Part shown: positions 30,283 through 39,709 of the stretch, one piece after another
How the letters are laid out: each line of letters begins with the position of its first letter
Position numbering within the stretch: position 1 is the stretch's first letter
Assembly: GCA_964539545.1 (NCBI GenBank)
Contig: CAZIJG010000005.1
Coordinates: forward strand, 8,062 to 64,699
Direction of reading: 5' to 3'
Origin: an uncultured Gammaproteobacteria bacterium
Lineage (GTDB): Bacteria; Patescibacteriota; Patescibacteriia; Patescibacteriales; UBA12465
DNA length: 56,638 bases
Translations under genes and position numbers: made by a program
Notes under the pieces: model-generated
What the model was told of the DNA's origin: nothing
The model's input: the letters and a program-made list of their open reading frames with translations, nothing else
Databases searched by the model: none

Positions 30283-30570
30283 TTATTTATTATCCTCACG
30301 CTCTTTGCGCTCAGCTTCAGGTTTCTTTTCTGCTTGGTTTTTATACTTATCAATAATTTTATTAACCATCTTGATTTTTTTGAATAACAAAACATTGGTA
30401 AAAATAAAAGCTACAAATACAGAAACAATTAAAATTAACGGCCTAGTTCCTAACCATCTATCTAGCAAAAGACCAATACCTCCAAAGACGATTAGAGGAC
30501 CAAAAATAGATGCGCTACTATAAGCAACCAAAGACAGCGCTAATTGCTTAGCGTTAGGATATTTATTCAT
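30283..30570 (-). CDS. atpZ: AtpZ/AtpI-family small membrane protein
   Basis: Two TM helices followed by a basic tail, directly upstream of atpB as in many atp operons. Confidence 0.65.
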   Translation of the reverse strand: MNKYPNAKQLALSLVAYSSASIFGPLIVFGGIGLLLDRWLGTRPLILIVSVFVAFIFTNVLLFKKIKMVNKIIDKYKNQAEKKPEAERKEREDNK

Positions 30571-30622
30571 AATATATACTATCTATGCTTTTATTGTAGC
30601 CTAGAAAACGAAATTGTCAAGC

Positions 30623-31480
30623 CTAGGGTAAACGGAAGAATTTTTTGGCATTTTCAGTAGTAATTTTAGCCACTTTTTCCATCTCCTGTTCCCTAATCTT
30701 GGCAATGTGTTTAGCTACATAATAAACTAAAATTGGCTCATTACGATGTCCTCTATAGGGCTCTGGCGTCATGTAAGGAGCGTCTGTTTCTATCATGATT
30801 TTATTTAAAGGAACTTTTCTAATAAGATCATCCCATTGGCAACTAAAAGTAATCAGACCGGTAAATGATATCATTAATCCAAGATTAAAATACTGCCAAG
30901 CTAAATCTTCATCACCAGAGAAACAATGCATTACAGCCCAAGCTCTATCAGCAGGAATTAAATCTTTATGTTCTTGTTTAAATTCTGTTAAAATGGCCAA
31001 AATATCATCGTGAGCCTGACGACAATGAATAATAGCCGGCAAATTCAATTTCCTAGCTAATAATAATTGCTGCTTAAAAACTTCTTTTTGTTTCTTCTTT
31101 ACCTCAGCTACATTTCCTTTTAAATTAATATGATAATAATCCAAACCAATTTCACCAATAGCTACGGCTTTCTCAAATTTAGCTAGCTTCTCATAATTAT
31201 CATAATTAAACTCTTCCACCCTAGATCTAAACTTATAATCTCCTTCGTCTCCTTTTCCTTCGGCCTCTAGTTCCTCCAAGTGTATTGGGTGTAAACCAAC
31301 TGCTGCATAAACTCCCTTTTCATACTTATTAGCAAATTCTAAGGCTCTTTTTGAAGTTTTAGCATTTGTCCCAACTAAAACCATCCCAACTCCATCAGCT
31401 AGGGAACGGCGAATAATGTTATCAGCATCCTCTTTGAAGGCTGAAAAATTAACATGAGTATGTGTATCTATGAGTTTCAT
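30623..31480 (-). CDS. tatD: TatD-family metal-dependent hydrolase/DNase
   Basis: LIDTHTHVNF...GEIGLDYY...QKEVFKQQLLLARKLNLPAIIHCR.A..D......MHCFSG......ISFTG......IMIETDAPYM. Confidence 0.9.
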   Translation of the reverse strand: MKLIDTHTHVNFSAFKEDADNIIRRSLADGVGMVLVGTNAKTSKRALEFANKYEKGVYAAVGLHPIHLEELEAEGKGDEGDYKFRSRVEEFNYDNYEKLAKFEKAVAIGEIGLDYYHINLKGNVAEVKKKQKEVFKQQLLLARKLNLPAIIHCRQAHDDILAILTEFKQEHKDLIPADRAWAVMHCFSGDEDLAWQYFNLGLMISFTGLITFSCQWDDLIRKVPLNKIMIETDAPYMTPEPYRGHRNEPILVYYVAKHIAKIREQEMEKVAKITTENAKKFFRLP

Positions 31481-31536
31481 ATTTAAAACAAAATAAATAG
31501 CCGCATTTACAGCTATTTATTTCAACTTGATTATAA

Positions 31537-31797
31537 TTATTTCCAGTCTTTATTGCCCATTTCATCAACTTCATCATTTTCATCAACTTGAGGTTCTGTT
31601 ACGACCTCATCTTCTGGCAACACATCAGAAGAAACCTTTTCTTCAAATTCAGAAACTGGCTCAGGCTCTACATTGTTGTCCATAGTTGGAGCAACTGGAG
31701 TCTCAGTTTTCATTTCTGAGTTTAAAGTTTTGTTATTATCTGGTTTAGAGTAACGAGTCTTATTACCACCAAATAATTTTGAGAACCAATTTCCCAT
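31537..31797 (-). CDS. Small highly acidic hypothetical protein
   Basis: 86-aa ORF with a basic N-terminus (MGNWFSKLFGGNKTRYSK) and a Glu/Asp/Val-rich tail. A promoter-like element lies upstream. Confidence 0.4.
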   Translation of the reverse strand: MGNWFSKLFGGNKTRYSKPDNNKTLNSEMKTETPVAPTMDNNVEPEPVSEFEEKVSSDVLPEDEVVTEPQVDENDEVDEMGNKDWK

Positions 31798-31827
31798 AAA
31801 TTTAAAGTTAAAAATTAATCTACTAAT

Positions 31828-31855
31828 ATTTTACCACTCAGGTCACTTTTGTCAA
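31828..31855 (-). promoter_or_regulatory. Putative promoter for the acidic-ORF / tatD / atp transcription unit
   Basis: Minus strand: TTGACA (31855-31850), 16-nt spacer ending in TGG, TAAAAT (31833-31828). Confidence 0.35.
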
Positions 31856-31930
31856 TAATAATGGGGATGAAAAAAGATTTTCCTAGAAAAAAAGCCTTAT
31901 CTTTGTAATGCCATAATATAAATCAAGGGT

Positions 31931-31956
31931 AAAATAAAACCCCTTAGAAAGAGGGC
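31931..31956 (-). terminator. Terminator downstream of dnaJ
   Basis: Minus strand: gCCCTctttctaAGGGgttttatttt. Short 4-5 bp GC stem plus a T-rich tail. Confidence 0.4.
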
Positions 31957-31982
31957 TTTATTTCCACAAATATTATCAACGG

Positions 31983-33056
31983 TTAAATATTTAAATCCGT
32001 TAAAATGTCTCTTTGTTTTTTAGTTAGGCTTTTTGGAGTTTTTATTACTACCTTTACTAAATGATCTCCTCTACCCCGAGATTGTAAACGATGAACTCCT
32101 TTACCTTTTAGCCTAAAAATTGTTCCAGATTGAGTCCCTTCAGGCACTTTCAATTTAACTTTACCGTCCAATATTTCTACATCTATTTTATCTCCTAGAG
32201 CAGCCTGATTAAATTTAATCTCTGCTGTACTCTTTATATCGCTACCTTCTCTATCGAAATTGGGATTAGGCTTAACTCTAACTTTAATAAACAAATCTCC
32301 GGCTCTAGAACCTTTAAGTCCAGCCTCCCCCTGCCCGGTTAATCTAATATTTTGACCTTCATCAATACCAGCGGGAATTTTAATTTTCATTTTTACCTTA
32401 TCCTTAACCACTCCCTGTCCATGACATTTTGTACATTTCTGACTATAGGTCTTACCTTCTCCCTGGCAGTCTGGACAAACTACTCTAGATTGAAAACTAC
32501 CTAGAATAGTTCGTTGGGCTTGGATAACCTCTCCTTTGCCATGACAAGTAGCACAAGTTTTAATATTACTGCCTGGCTCAGCTCCATTTCCTTTACAGTG
32601 CTCACAGACAACACCTTTATGGATATCTATATCTCTTTCGACTCCAAAGGCAGCTTCTTCTAGAGTGATAGTTAGAATCATCTGTAAATCATTACCCTTA
32701 GCTTGAGCTCTAGATTGTCCTCTAGAACCACCAAAACCAAACACATCGCCCATCATGTCTCCTAGATCTTCAAAATTAATATTAGACCCTCCAAAACCTT
32801 GAGAAAAATCTTGCCATCCAGAAAAACCTCCCCCTGGTTGTCCTTGAGAAAAATCTGATCCAAATTGATCATATTGAGATCGTTTCTGAGGATTGCTCAA
32901 TACCTGAAAAGCTTCATTTATCTCTTTAAACTTAGCTTCATCTCCAGTTGCTTTATCTGGGTGATACTGATGGGCTTTGACACGAAAAGCTTTCTTAATA
33001 TCATCCTGGCTGGCGCTTTTCTCAGCCCCCAAGATCTTATAATAATCTTTACTCAT
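31983..33056 (-). CDS. dnaJ: Molecular chaperone DnaJ (type I, with zinc-finger CxxCxGxG repeats)
   Basis: DYYKILGAEKSASQDDIKKAFRVKAHQYHPDK (J domain with HPD), a G/F-rich region, and CEHCKGNG / CATCHGKG / CPDCQGEG / CTKCHGQG. Confidence 0.95.
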   Translation of the reverse strand: MSKDYYKILGAEKSASQDDIKKAFRVKAHQYHPDKATGDEAKFKEINEAFQVLSNPQKRSQYDQFGSDFSQGQPGGGFSGWQDFSQGFGGSNINFEDLGDMMGDVFGFGGSRGQSRAQAKGNDLQMILTITLEEAAFGVERDIDIHKGVVCEHCKGNGAEPGSNIKTCATCHGKGEVIQAQRTILGSFQSRVVCPDCQGEGKTYSQKCTKCHGQGVVKDKVKMKIKIPAGIDEGQNIRLTGQGEAGLKGSRAGDLFIKVRVKPNPNFDREGSDIKSTAEIKFNQAALGDKIDVEILDGKVKLKVPEGTQSGTIFRLKGKGVHRLQSRGRGDHLVKVVIKTPKSLTKKQRDILTDLNI

Positions 33057-33062
33057 AATTTC

Positions 33063-33359
33063 TTATCCTTTGAAGCCAATTTCGCTATCTAGTGGAGCAG
33101 ATTGCTCTACTGGGCCAAATTTTTCTTCATATTGTTTCATGCTTCCAGTAAGAGCAGTGATAATTCTTTTTAAATGTCCTGGGCTAGTAACAATTTTAGC
33201 TGATACTCTGCCGCTATTAGCAAATAAATTCATAAACATCAATTGCATCTCTTCTTTGTTAAATTGGATTTGCATGGCATTAGCATATTCAGCTCCAGGA
33301 ATATTGTCGGCTAATTTAATCTCCCTTCGTCCCTGAGGATTTGAATTATTTTTTTCCAT
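33063..33359 (-). CDS. DUF3467 family protein
   Basis: IKLADNIPGAEYANAMQIQFNKEEMQLMFMNLFANSGRVSAKIVTSPGHLKRIITALTGSMKQYEEKFG follows the DUF3467 pattern (e..GvYsN...i.hs..EF.lDF........a.v.sRiilsP.haKrl...L...i..yE..fG). ATG 33359 avoids the 41-nt overlap with dnaK that the 33404 start would create. Confidence 0.75.
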   Translation of the reverse strand: MEKNNSNPQGRREIKLADNIPGAEYANAMQIQFNKEEMQLMFMNLFANSGRVSAKIVTSPGHLKRIITALTGSMKQYEEKFGPVEQSAPLDSEIGFKG

Positions 33360-33363
33360 ATAT

Positions 33364-35298
33364 TTATTTTTTATTATTGTCTTCTTCCGCCTCTCCTTCT
33401 TCAACCTCGCCTTCTACTACTTCATCCTCCTTAGATTTCTTATCTTTCTTAGATTCGGCGTTAGCTGAATTAGCTCCTTCAGCGCCTGGCTGTTGAGTTT
33501 GGGCTTGGTGCATAGCGGTACCAATCTTTTGAGCTACTTGAGCAATCTCTTCCATTTTCTTCTTTATCTCATCATACTGATCTGAGTCTTTCACTTTCTT
33601 CAATTCTTCCAACTTCTCTTCTAACTCTTTCTTATCTTCTTCTTTCATTTTATCACCAGACTCTTTTAGAAGTTTTTCTGTTTGTGTTACTACAGCCTCG
33701 GCTTGATTTTTAGTTTCAATTTCTTCTTTTTTCTTTTTATCATCATCCGCATGCTTTTCTGCATCCTGTTTCATGTTTTCAATTTCTTCCTTACTTAAAC
33801 CAGAAGAAGCAGTAATAGTAATCTTTTGTTCTTTATTGGTAGCTTTGTCCTTAGCACTAACATTCAAAATACCATTGGCATCAATATCGAAAGATACTTC
33901 AACTTGAGGCATACCGCGAGGAGCTGGAGGAATACCATCCAAAATAAATCTACCTAAAGTCTTATTATCTGAAGCCATGGCTCTCTCACCCTGAACTACA
34001 TGAATTTCTACACTAGTCTGGCTATCAGCAGCCGTTGAAAAAGTTTGTGATTTAGAAGCAGGAATAGTAGTATTTCTTTCAATTAATGGAGTAGACACGC
34101 CACCTAGAGTTTCAATGCCTAAAGTTAAAGGAGTTACATCTAGTAACAACACATCTTTAACATCTCCCTGAAGCACACCAGCTTGAACCGCAGCCCCTAG
34201 AGCAACTACTTCATCTGGATTGACACTTAGATTAGGTTCTTTACCAAAAAATTCTTTCACTTTTTGTTTTACTAAAGGCATTCTAGTCATGCCACCAACC
34301 ATCACAACCTCTTCAATATCACCAATTTCAAAGCCAGCATCTTTTAAGGCTGCTTTACAAGGCTCAATTGTTTGATCTACTAAATCACCAACTAATTCTT
34401 CTAATTTAGCTCTATTCATTTTCATTACCAAATGCTTGGGTCCATCCGGAGTATTAGTAATAAATGGTTGATTTATTTCAGTTTCAGTAGTAGCAGATAA
34501 TTCAATCTTAGCTTTTTCAGCTGCTTCTTTAATCCTTTGTAAAGACAGAGGATCATTAGATAAATCGATTCCCTGATCTTTTTTAAATTCGTCAATAATC
34601 CAATCAATAATTCTTTGATCGAAATCCTCACCACCTAAGTGAGTATTACCGTTAGTAGCTTTCACCTGCACAGTATCTTCAGACACTTCCAAAATAGAAA
34701 TATCAAAAGTACCACCACCTAAATCATATACAGCGATTTGTTGGCCTTTCTTTTTATCAAATCCGTAAGCCAAGGCAGCTGCAGTAGGTTCATTAATAAT
34801 ACGCTTTATTTCTAGACCAGCAATTTTACCAGCATCTTTAGTGGCTTGTCTCTGAGCATCATTAAAATAAGCTGGTACAGTCACGATGGCTTCAGTAATC
34901 TTTTCTCCAGTCTTAGCTTCAGCGTCAACCTTCATTTTAGATAAAATCATAGCTGAAACCTCCTGCGGAGAATATTCCTTATCTTCTAGTTTTACCTTCA
35001 CGCCTTCACCAGCTTGCACCATTTTATATGGATAATTTTTCATATCTCGCTGTACTTCTTCATCGCTAAATTTACGTCCAATTAAACGTTTCATAGCAAA
35101 CACTGTATTTTCAGGATTAGTTACGGCTTGACGCTTAGCAGTCTGACCAACCAATCTTTCTTTGCTTTTAGAAATAGCTACAACAGACGGAGTAGTTCTG
35201 TTTCCTTCAGCATTCTCTAAAATTTTGGGCTGACCTCCTTCAATAATAGCCATAGCGCTATTAGTAGTCCCCAAATCAATTCCTAAAATTTTTGACAT
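33364..35298 (-). CDS. dnaK: Molecular chaperone DnaK (Hsp70)
   Basis: [15 protein letters not shown]...[12 protein letters not shown]...[11 protein letters not shown]... 644 aa. Confidence 0.98.
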   Translation of the reverse strand: MSKILGIDLGTTNSAMAIIEGGQPKILENAEGNRTTPSVVAISKSKERLVGQTAKRQAVTNPENTVFAMKRLIGRKFSDEEVQRDMKNYPYKMVQAGEGVKVKLEDKEYSPQEVSAMILSKMKVDAEAKTGEKITEAIVTVPAYFNDAQRQATKDAGKIAGLEIKRIINEPTAAALAYGFDKKKGQQIAVYDLGGGTFDISILEVSEDTVQVKATNGNTHLGGEDFDQRIIDWIIDEFKKDQGIDLSNDPLSLQRIKEAAEKAKIELSATTETEINQPFITNTPDGPKHLVMKMNRAKLEELVGDLVDQTIEPCKAALKDAGFEIGDIEEVVMVGGMTRMPLVKQKVKEFFGKEPNLSVNPDEVVALGAAVQAGVLQGDVKDVLLLDVTPLTLGIETLGGVSTPLIERNTTIPASKSQTFSTAADSQTSVEIHVVQGERAMASDNKTLGRFILDGIPPAPRGMPQVEVSFDIDANGILNVSAKDKATNKEQKITITASSGLSKEEIENMKQDAEKHADDDKKKKEEIETKNQAEAVVTQTEKLLKESGDKMKEEDKKELEEKLEELKKVKDSDQYDEIKKKMEEIAQVAQKIGTAMHQAQTQQPGAEGANSANAESKKDKKSKEDEVVEGEVEEGEAEEDNNKK

Positions 35299-35353
35299 AT
35301 TTTTTAATTCTCATAATAACCAGTTAAAGCTGCTTATCATGACTATAATTTAT

Positions 35354-35779
35354 TTATTTGTTTGTTTTTATTTTAATTGTTTTTGGTTTCATCTCTGAAG
35401 CCTTGGGAATACTGATCTTCAATACACCACTCTCATTTACTGCCGTAGCTTGTTCGCCAATCACATGAGCTGGCAGCGGAATGCTACGAAAGAAACTACC
35501 TCGTCTTATTTCTTTACGATAATAATTTTTATCATCTACTTCACTTTTTTTCTCTCCCTCTCCTTTTATACATAAAACATTATTTTCAACAGAAATACCT
35601 ACTTTTTCTGGATCGATACCAGATAGTTGTGTTTCCACAACAATATTTTCCTTATCTTCATACATGTCTATAGCTGGCATAAATGAATTCTGCTTAGCTA
35701 CTGGCATAAAGTCTGAAAACATTCTATCCATGTCTTCCCAACCTTCAGGAAAAAATGGTGACCACTTAACTAAAGCCAT
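35354..35779 (-). CDS. Hsp20/alpha-crystallin small heat-shock protein
   Basis: PAIDMYEDKENIVVETQLSGIDPEKVGISVENNVLCIKGE...FFRSIPLP..V......A....GVLKISIPK. Confidence 0.9.
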   Translation of the reverse strand: MALVKWSPFFPEGWEDMDRMFSDFMPVAKQNSFMPAIDMYEDKENIVVETQLSGIDPEKVGISVENNVLCIKGEGEKKSEVDDKNYYRKEIRRGSFFRSIPLPAHVIGEQATAVNESGVLKISIPKASEMKPKTIKIKTNK

Positions 35780-35847
35780 ATTTTTCTTATTGCCTATTCA
35801 AGTCATTAGAATAATAATGAAAAATGAATGGGAAATTATTTAAAAAT

Positions 35848-36492
35848 TTATTTAACGATTACCTTGGCTGGAATAATAACTTTACCACTTAGTCTGTATC
35901 CGGGTTTAACCTCCTGCTTACAAATCATCGCTTTCTTACTATCCTTCTGTTTATCATCAGATATTGCCTCCATGCATTCCGGATTAAATTTTTCGCCTAC
36001 AGTTTTAATTTCTTCAATTCCTTGAGCTGCTAAAGCGGTTTGAAATTGTTTTATCACATATTTTACGCCTTCTACCCAGGGACTACTCTTTTCTTCATTT
36101 TTTAATCCTTTTACCGCTACCTTTAGATTGTCATAGACCGGTAATATCTCATATAAAAATCCTTCAATAGCATATTTATAGAAAGATTGTTTATCCTGAG
36201 CAGTCTGCTTTAATAAATTCTGATAATCAGCTAGAGCTCTCTTACATCTTTCTTCCCAACTATCTGGTTGATTAGGCTCAACAAAGGTAAAACGGGATTT
36301 CTTTTTTTTATCTACTTCTACTTCAGAGAGAAACTCCTTTACACTACGGGTGTAATACTTATCTTCCTTGGTAGATTTATAAACTACGGTAGGTTGTTTA
36401 CTAACTCTATCATCAGCTACAAATAATACTTGATATTTATTTCCTTCGTAACATTGATAGATGCCAACTTTAATTTCTTTTTTAGCGCCCAT
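35848..36492 (-). CDS. grpE: Nucleotide exchange factor GrpE with an N-terminal DUF1653-like domain
   Basis: C-terminal ~140 aa are GrpE: ADYQNLLKQTAQDK...FLYEILPVYDNLKVAV...GIEEIKTVGEKFNPECMEAIS...VKPGYRLSGKVIIPAKVIV. N-terminal ~70 aa are GIYQCYEGNKYQVLFVADDRVSKQPTVVYKS...YYTRSVKEFLSEVEVDKKKKSRFTFV, matching the DUF1653 pattern G.YrHYKG..Y.Vl.vA....t.e..VvY......w.Rp...F...V. Confidence 0.8.
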   Translation of the reverse strand: MGAKKEIKVGIYQCYEGNKYQVLFVADDRVSKQPTVVYKSTKEDKYYTRSVKEFLSEVEVDKKKKSRFTFVEPNQPDSWEERCKRALADYQNLLKQTAQDKQSFYKYAIEGFLYEILPVYDNLKVAVKGLKNEEKSSPWVEGVKYVIKQFQTALAAQGIEEIKTVGEKFNPECMEAISDDKQKDSKKAMICKQEVKPGYRLSGKVIIPAKVIVK

Positions 36493-36495
36493 ATT

Positions 36496-37176
36496 TTAAG
36501 AATTTAATTTTTTATCTAAATAATTTAACAGTGAAATATTCTTCTCATAGTCCATACGTAATGGTCCAAGAATCCCTAGTAGACCTGTTTTCTTATCACC
36601 ATACTTCAAGATTAAAGTGGAAAAGATATCACCAAAAGGATTAGCTTGACCTAACATAGCTTTAGAGCCTACTGGAAGAGTATCAAAAATTTCACCAATA
36701 GTATCTTCCATGCGATCAATTACCAAAGAAACATCTTGCACTAAACTATATTCCTGAAATTCCGGCTGTTGAAACAAATTAGATACACCGGTGTAATATA
36801 GATTATTTTTATGAAAGGCCCAAAAAACTGCCTGCCCAGATAACTCCGCTACCAATTTAGCTGCTTGCTTTAAGTTTTCTTCTTCTTGTGTATCTAAAAA
36901 TCTATCTAACTCTTTAACTTCATCAGCTTTAATCTCTTTAATCTTAAGATTATTTATATATAATAAATAGCCCTGTTCAGTAGGAATTCTGCCAGCTGAA
37001 GTATGAGGATGAGTAATATATCCAAGCTCTTCTAACTCAACCATTTCGTTCCTAATAGTGGCCGAGGACACAGACAATTTATTTGCCACCGCAGAAGAAC
37101 TGATTGGCTCAGCACTTTTAATATACTCTTTTATAATAATAGAAAGAATTTTATTTTTACGATCTGTAATATTCAT
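36496..37176 (-). CDS. hrcA: Heat-inducible transcription repressor HrcA (short form, 226 aa)
   Basis: DRKNKILSIIIKEYIKSAEPISSSAVANKLSVSSATIRNEMVELEELGYITHPHTSAGRIPT is the HrcA winged-helix N-terminus. A perfect CIRCE operator lies immediately upstream. Confidence 0.85.
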   Translation of the reverse strand: MNITDRKNKILSIIIKEYIKSAEPISSSAVANKLSVSSATIRNEMVELEELGYITHPHTSAGRIPTEQGYLLYINNLKIKEIKADEVKELDRFLDTQEEENLKQAAKLVAELSGQAVFWAFHKNNLYYTGVSNLFQQPEFQEYSLVQDVSLVIDRMEDTIGEIFDTLPVGSKAMLGQANPFGDIFSTLILKYGDKKTGLLGILGPLRMDYEKNISLLNYLDKKLNS

Positions 37177-37182
37177 AGTTTG

Positions 37183-37210
37183 ATTATATCAGAATTAGCA
37201 CTCATGTCAA
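37183..37210 (-). promoter_or_regulatory. Consensus sigma70 promoter of the hrcA operon, embedded in CIRCE
   Basis: Minus strand: TTGACA (37210-37205), 16-nt spacer, TATAAT (37188-37183). Only 6 nt (caaact) separate the -10 from the hrcA ATG at 37176. Confidence 0.55.
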
Positions 37211-37221
37211 GAGAGTGCTAA
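37195..37221. promoter_or_regulatory. CIRCE operator (HrcA binding site)
   Basis: TTAGCACTC-atgtcaaga-GAGTGCTAA is an exact match to the CIRCE consensus TTAGCACTC-N9-GAGTGCTAA. Confidence 0.92.
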
Positions 37222-37300
37222 TTCTACTTTAAAATCTGTCTATAATTTGGTATAATATAGGCATAGTTAGCGATCTTTATAAATTTAACATACGGGCAAG

Positions 37301-37519
37301 ATGGATGATAAAAAAAATGAAGGTGTAATGGGATTAAATTTATATTATAATAATAAAAAATGTTTCTATCCTATATGTTTAAGAGATAATTTATTCCCTC
37401 CAATGAGAAATGCAGACCCTAACAGAGTAGTATTAGTTACTATTAACGGCCAAAGCGAACAAGTCTCTCTAAAGGAGTTAGAGACCGATGCAGAATACAG
37501 TAGTGATTCTAGATTTTAA
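37301..37519 (+). CDS. Hypothetical 72-aa protein
   Basis: ATG-initiated ORF in an otherwise empty interval, followed by a strong terminator. No family recognised. Confidence 0.3.
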   Translation: MDDKKNEGVMGLNLYYNNKKCFYPICLRDNLFPPMRNADPNRVVLVTINGQSEQVSLKELETDAEYSSDSRF

Positions 37520-37551
37520 ACCAACTTTATGCCTAGGGACATAATAATATA

Positions 37552-37582
37552 CAAAAAAGCTGAAATAATTTCAGCTTTTATT
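37552..37582. terminator. Bidirectional terminator (72-aa ORF (+) / PBP2 (-))
   Basis: aaaaaAGCTGAAAtaatTTTCAGCTtttatttttt: 8-bp stem flanked by A and T runs. Confidence 0.65.
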
Positions 37583-37595
37583 TTTTTAAAAAATT

Positions 37596-39629
37596 TTATC
37601 TAGTAAAATACCAATTTAATATTTCTCCAGCAATTGGCACGGCCACAGCGCTACCTTCTCCTCCCTCTTCTACTAACACGGTAATTACGACTTCTGGTTC
37701 GTCATAGGGAGCAAAGCCGGTAAACCAAGCGTGATTATTGTTTTTACTTGACCACTGAGCAGTTCCTGTCTTTCCTGCAACTTTTACGGGTAACCACCCT
37801 AGAGCTCGAGCACTGCCATGAGTAACCGCTTGTCTCATTCCTTGTTTGATAACTAACAAGGCATAATCATTGATAAAACCTTCTCTAACTATATCTGGCT
37901 GTATCTCCTGTATTAATTCATCATTATTTTCTTGAAATATTTGAGTAACTAAATGTGGACGCATTAATTTTCCACCATTAGCAAACACTGTTGTAAAATT
38001 AGCTACCTGTAGAGGAGTCGCCAAGAGATCTCCTTGTCCAATCGCAAAATGATAAGTGTCTCCAATATACCAAGGCTCATCTTTTACTTCTTGTTTCCAT
38101 TCACGAGTAGGAACAAGCCCCTTAGCCTCCACATTAAGATCTAGTCCTGTTTGAGAACCTAAACCAAATAACTTTGCATAATCAACCAATTTATCTAAAC
38201 CTAAACCTTCAAAATCTCCATAACCCCCTCCAATATAATAGAAAAAGGTATTTACTGACTCAGAAAGAGCCTTTCTAACATTAGTTAAGCCGTGCCCGCC
38301 AGCTTTCCAATCTGGGAAAAACCACTGACTAACTCTAACTCCTCCATTACTAATAAAAGTAGTATTCTCACTTATTATTCCCTCTTCTAGAGCGGCAGCT
38401 GCAAACACAGGCTTAACAGTAGACCCCGAAGGAAATTCTCCACTAACGGCTCGATTAAATAACGGATTATTCTCATCTTCTAAAAGTGCTTGATATTCAT
38501 TTACTTTTATACCTCTAGCAAAAATATTATTGTCATAGGCCGGCCAACTCACTAGGGTTAACACTTCACCAGTATTAGGGTCTAAGATTATAACTGAACC
38601 TTTATTAAGCTTCAATCCGTCTAAATGCCTTCTTAACACCTCTTCAGTCTTTTGTTGTAATTCAAGATCTAAAGATAAAACTAAACTATATCCATCTTGA
38701 CTAGGGTATTTACTAATAACTTTTTTCTCTTTACCCAAAGCATCAACTTCAACATGTTTTTTCCCCTTAATTCCTTTTAAAGCGCTCTCCCAAAAATCTT
38801 CAATGCCCGTTTTGCCAATATAATCAATGGAGCTATATTCATTGCCATACTCTTTTAACTCCTCTAGACTAATTTTACCCGTGTAGCCTAAAAGATGAGA
38901 CAGAGAAATTCCTAGGTGTGGTTCGGATATATTAACTTCGTCAGGCCAAAAATATTCTCTTCTGGTTTTAGTGGCTAAAACCATACCTGGTGTTTGTTCA
39001 GATTTTAAATACAGCTTCATAGCTATCTCATAATCTAAATTATCCGCCACAAACATTGGTTGATACATCTCTAGAGATTTAATACTAATTTTATCTAAAG
39101 ATTCTTTAATTAACATAAACCAAGGACTATCTGAATCTTTTTCTTGTCCTTCTAGAATTTTACTTACATCTCTAATTATTTGATCTCTATCTAATTCATT
39201 GGTAGGCAAATCTACTGGCATGAGATAAAGTAAAAAGTTAGCAGAATTTCTAACCAAAGGATTGAGATTACGATCATAAATAATCCCTCTATTGGGTTCT
39301 AAATTACTAATACGTATACGATTTCCTTCAGCTAAATCATAATAATAATCTCCTCTAACAATTTGTAACCAAGCAACTCTAATAAGTAAAAACAATAGCA
39401 ACACTAAAACAACTAAAAAAACTACACGTAAACCATTAAGTTCAAATGTTTTTCCCACTACCTCTTTAGAGCCCGTCTCACTTAAAAAAGAATCTGCTGT
39501 CCAGTCACTACGATAAGCAGGATCTTTTAACTGTCTATGTTTCACGGTGCCGTGCTTAACCACAAAAGGGTCATCACTAGAACTTAATTTAGAACCAGAA
39601 AACAATTTTTTAAATATATATCTCATCAT
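37596..39629 (-). CDS. mrdA: Penicillin-binding protein 2 / class B transpeptidase
   Basis: N-terminal cytoplasmic tail and TM helix, a PBP dimerisation domain (RGIIYDRN...), and transpeptidase motifs PSGSTVKP (SxxK), SESVN (SxN) and KTGTA (KTG). Confidence 0.88.
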   Translation of the reverse strand: MMRYIFKKLFSGSKLSSSDDPFVVKHGTVKHRQLKDPAYRSDWTADSFLSETGSKEVVGKTFELNGLRVVFLVVLVLLLFLLIRVAWLQIVRGDYYYDLAEGNRIRISNLEPNRGIIYDRNLNPLVRNSANFLLYLMPVDLPTNELDRDQIIRDVSKILEGQEKDSDSPWFMLIKESLDKISIKSLEMYQPMFVADNLDYEIAMKLYLKSEQTPGMVLATKTRREYFWPDEVNISEPHLGISLSHLLGYTGKISLEELKEYGNEYSSIDYIGKTGIEDFWESALKGIKGKKHVEVDALGKEKKVISKYPSQDGYSLVLSLDLELQQKTEEVLRRHLDGLKLNKGSVIILDPNTGEVLTLVSWPAYDNNIFARGIKVNEYQALLEDENNPLFNRAVSGEFPSGSTVKPVFAAAALEEGIISENTTFISNGGVRVSQWFFPDWKAGGHGLTNVRKALSESVNTFFYYIGGGYGDFEGLGLDKLVDYAKLFGLGSQTGLDLNVEAKGLVPTREWKQEVKDEPWYIGDTYHFAIGQGDLLATPLQVANFTTVFANGGKLMRPHLVTQIFQENNDELIQEIQPDIVREGFINDYALLVIKQGMRQAVTHGSARALGWLPVKVAGKTGTAQWSSKNNNHAWFTGFAPYDEPEVVITVLVEEGGEGSAVAVPIAGEILNWYFTR

Positions 39630-39709
39630 ATTATATTATATCAACATTTAACCACAAAAAACAGGAAAAACAAGTTGAAAATATTGTTATTTTTAGCTAA
39701 AATTAGATT

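Noticed and set aside
33360-33404. 41-nt overlap between the DUF3467 ORF (start 33404) and the dnaK 3' end, considered as overlapping-gene or recoding
   Set aside because: An in-frame ATG at 33359 (MEKNNSNPQG) removes the overlap and leaves a 4-nt gap. The upstream extension is just a Lys/Arg-rich read-through of the dnaK tail region.
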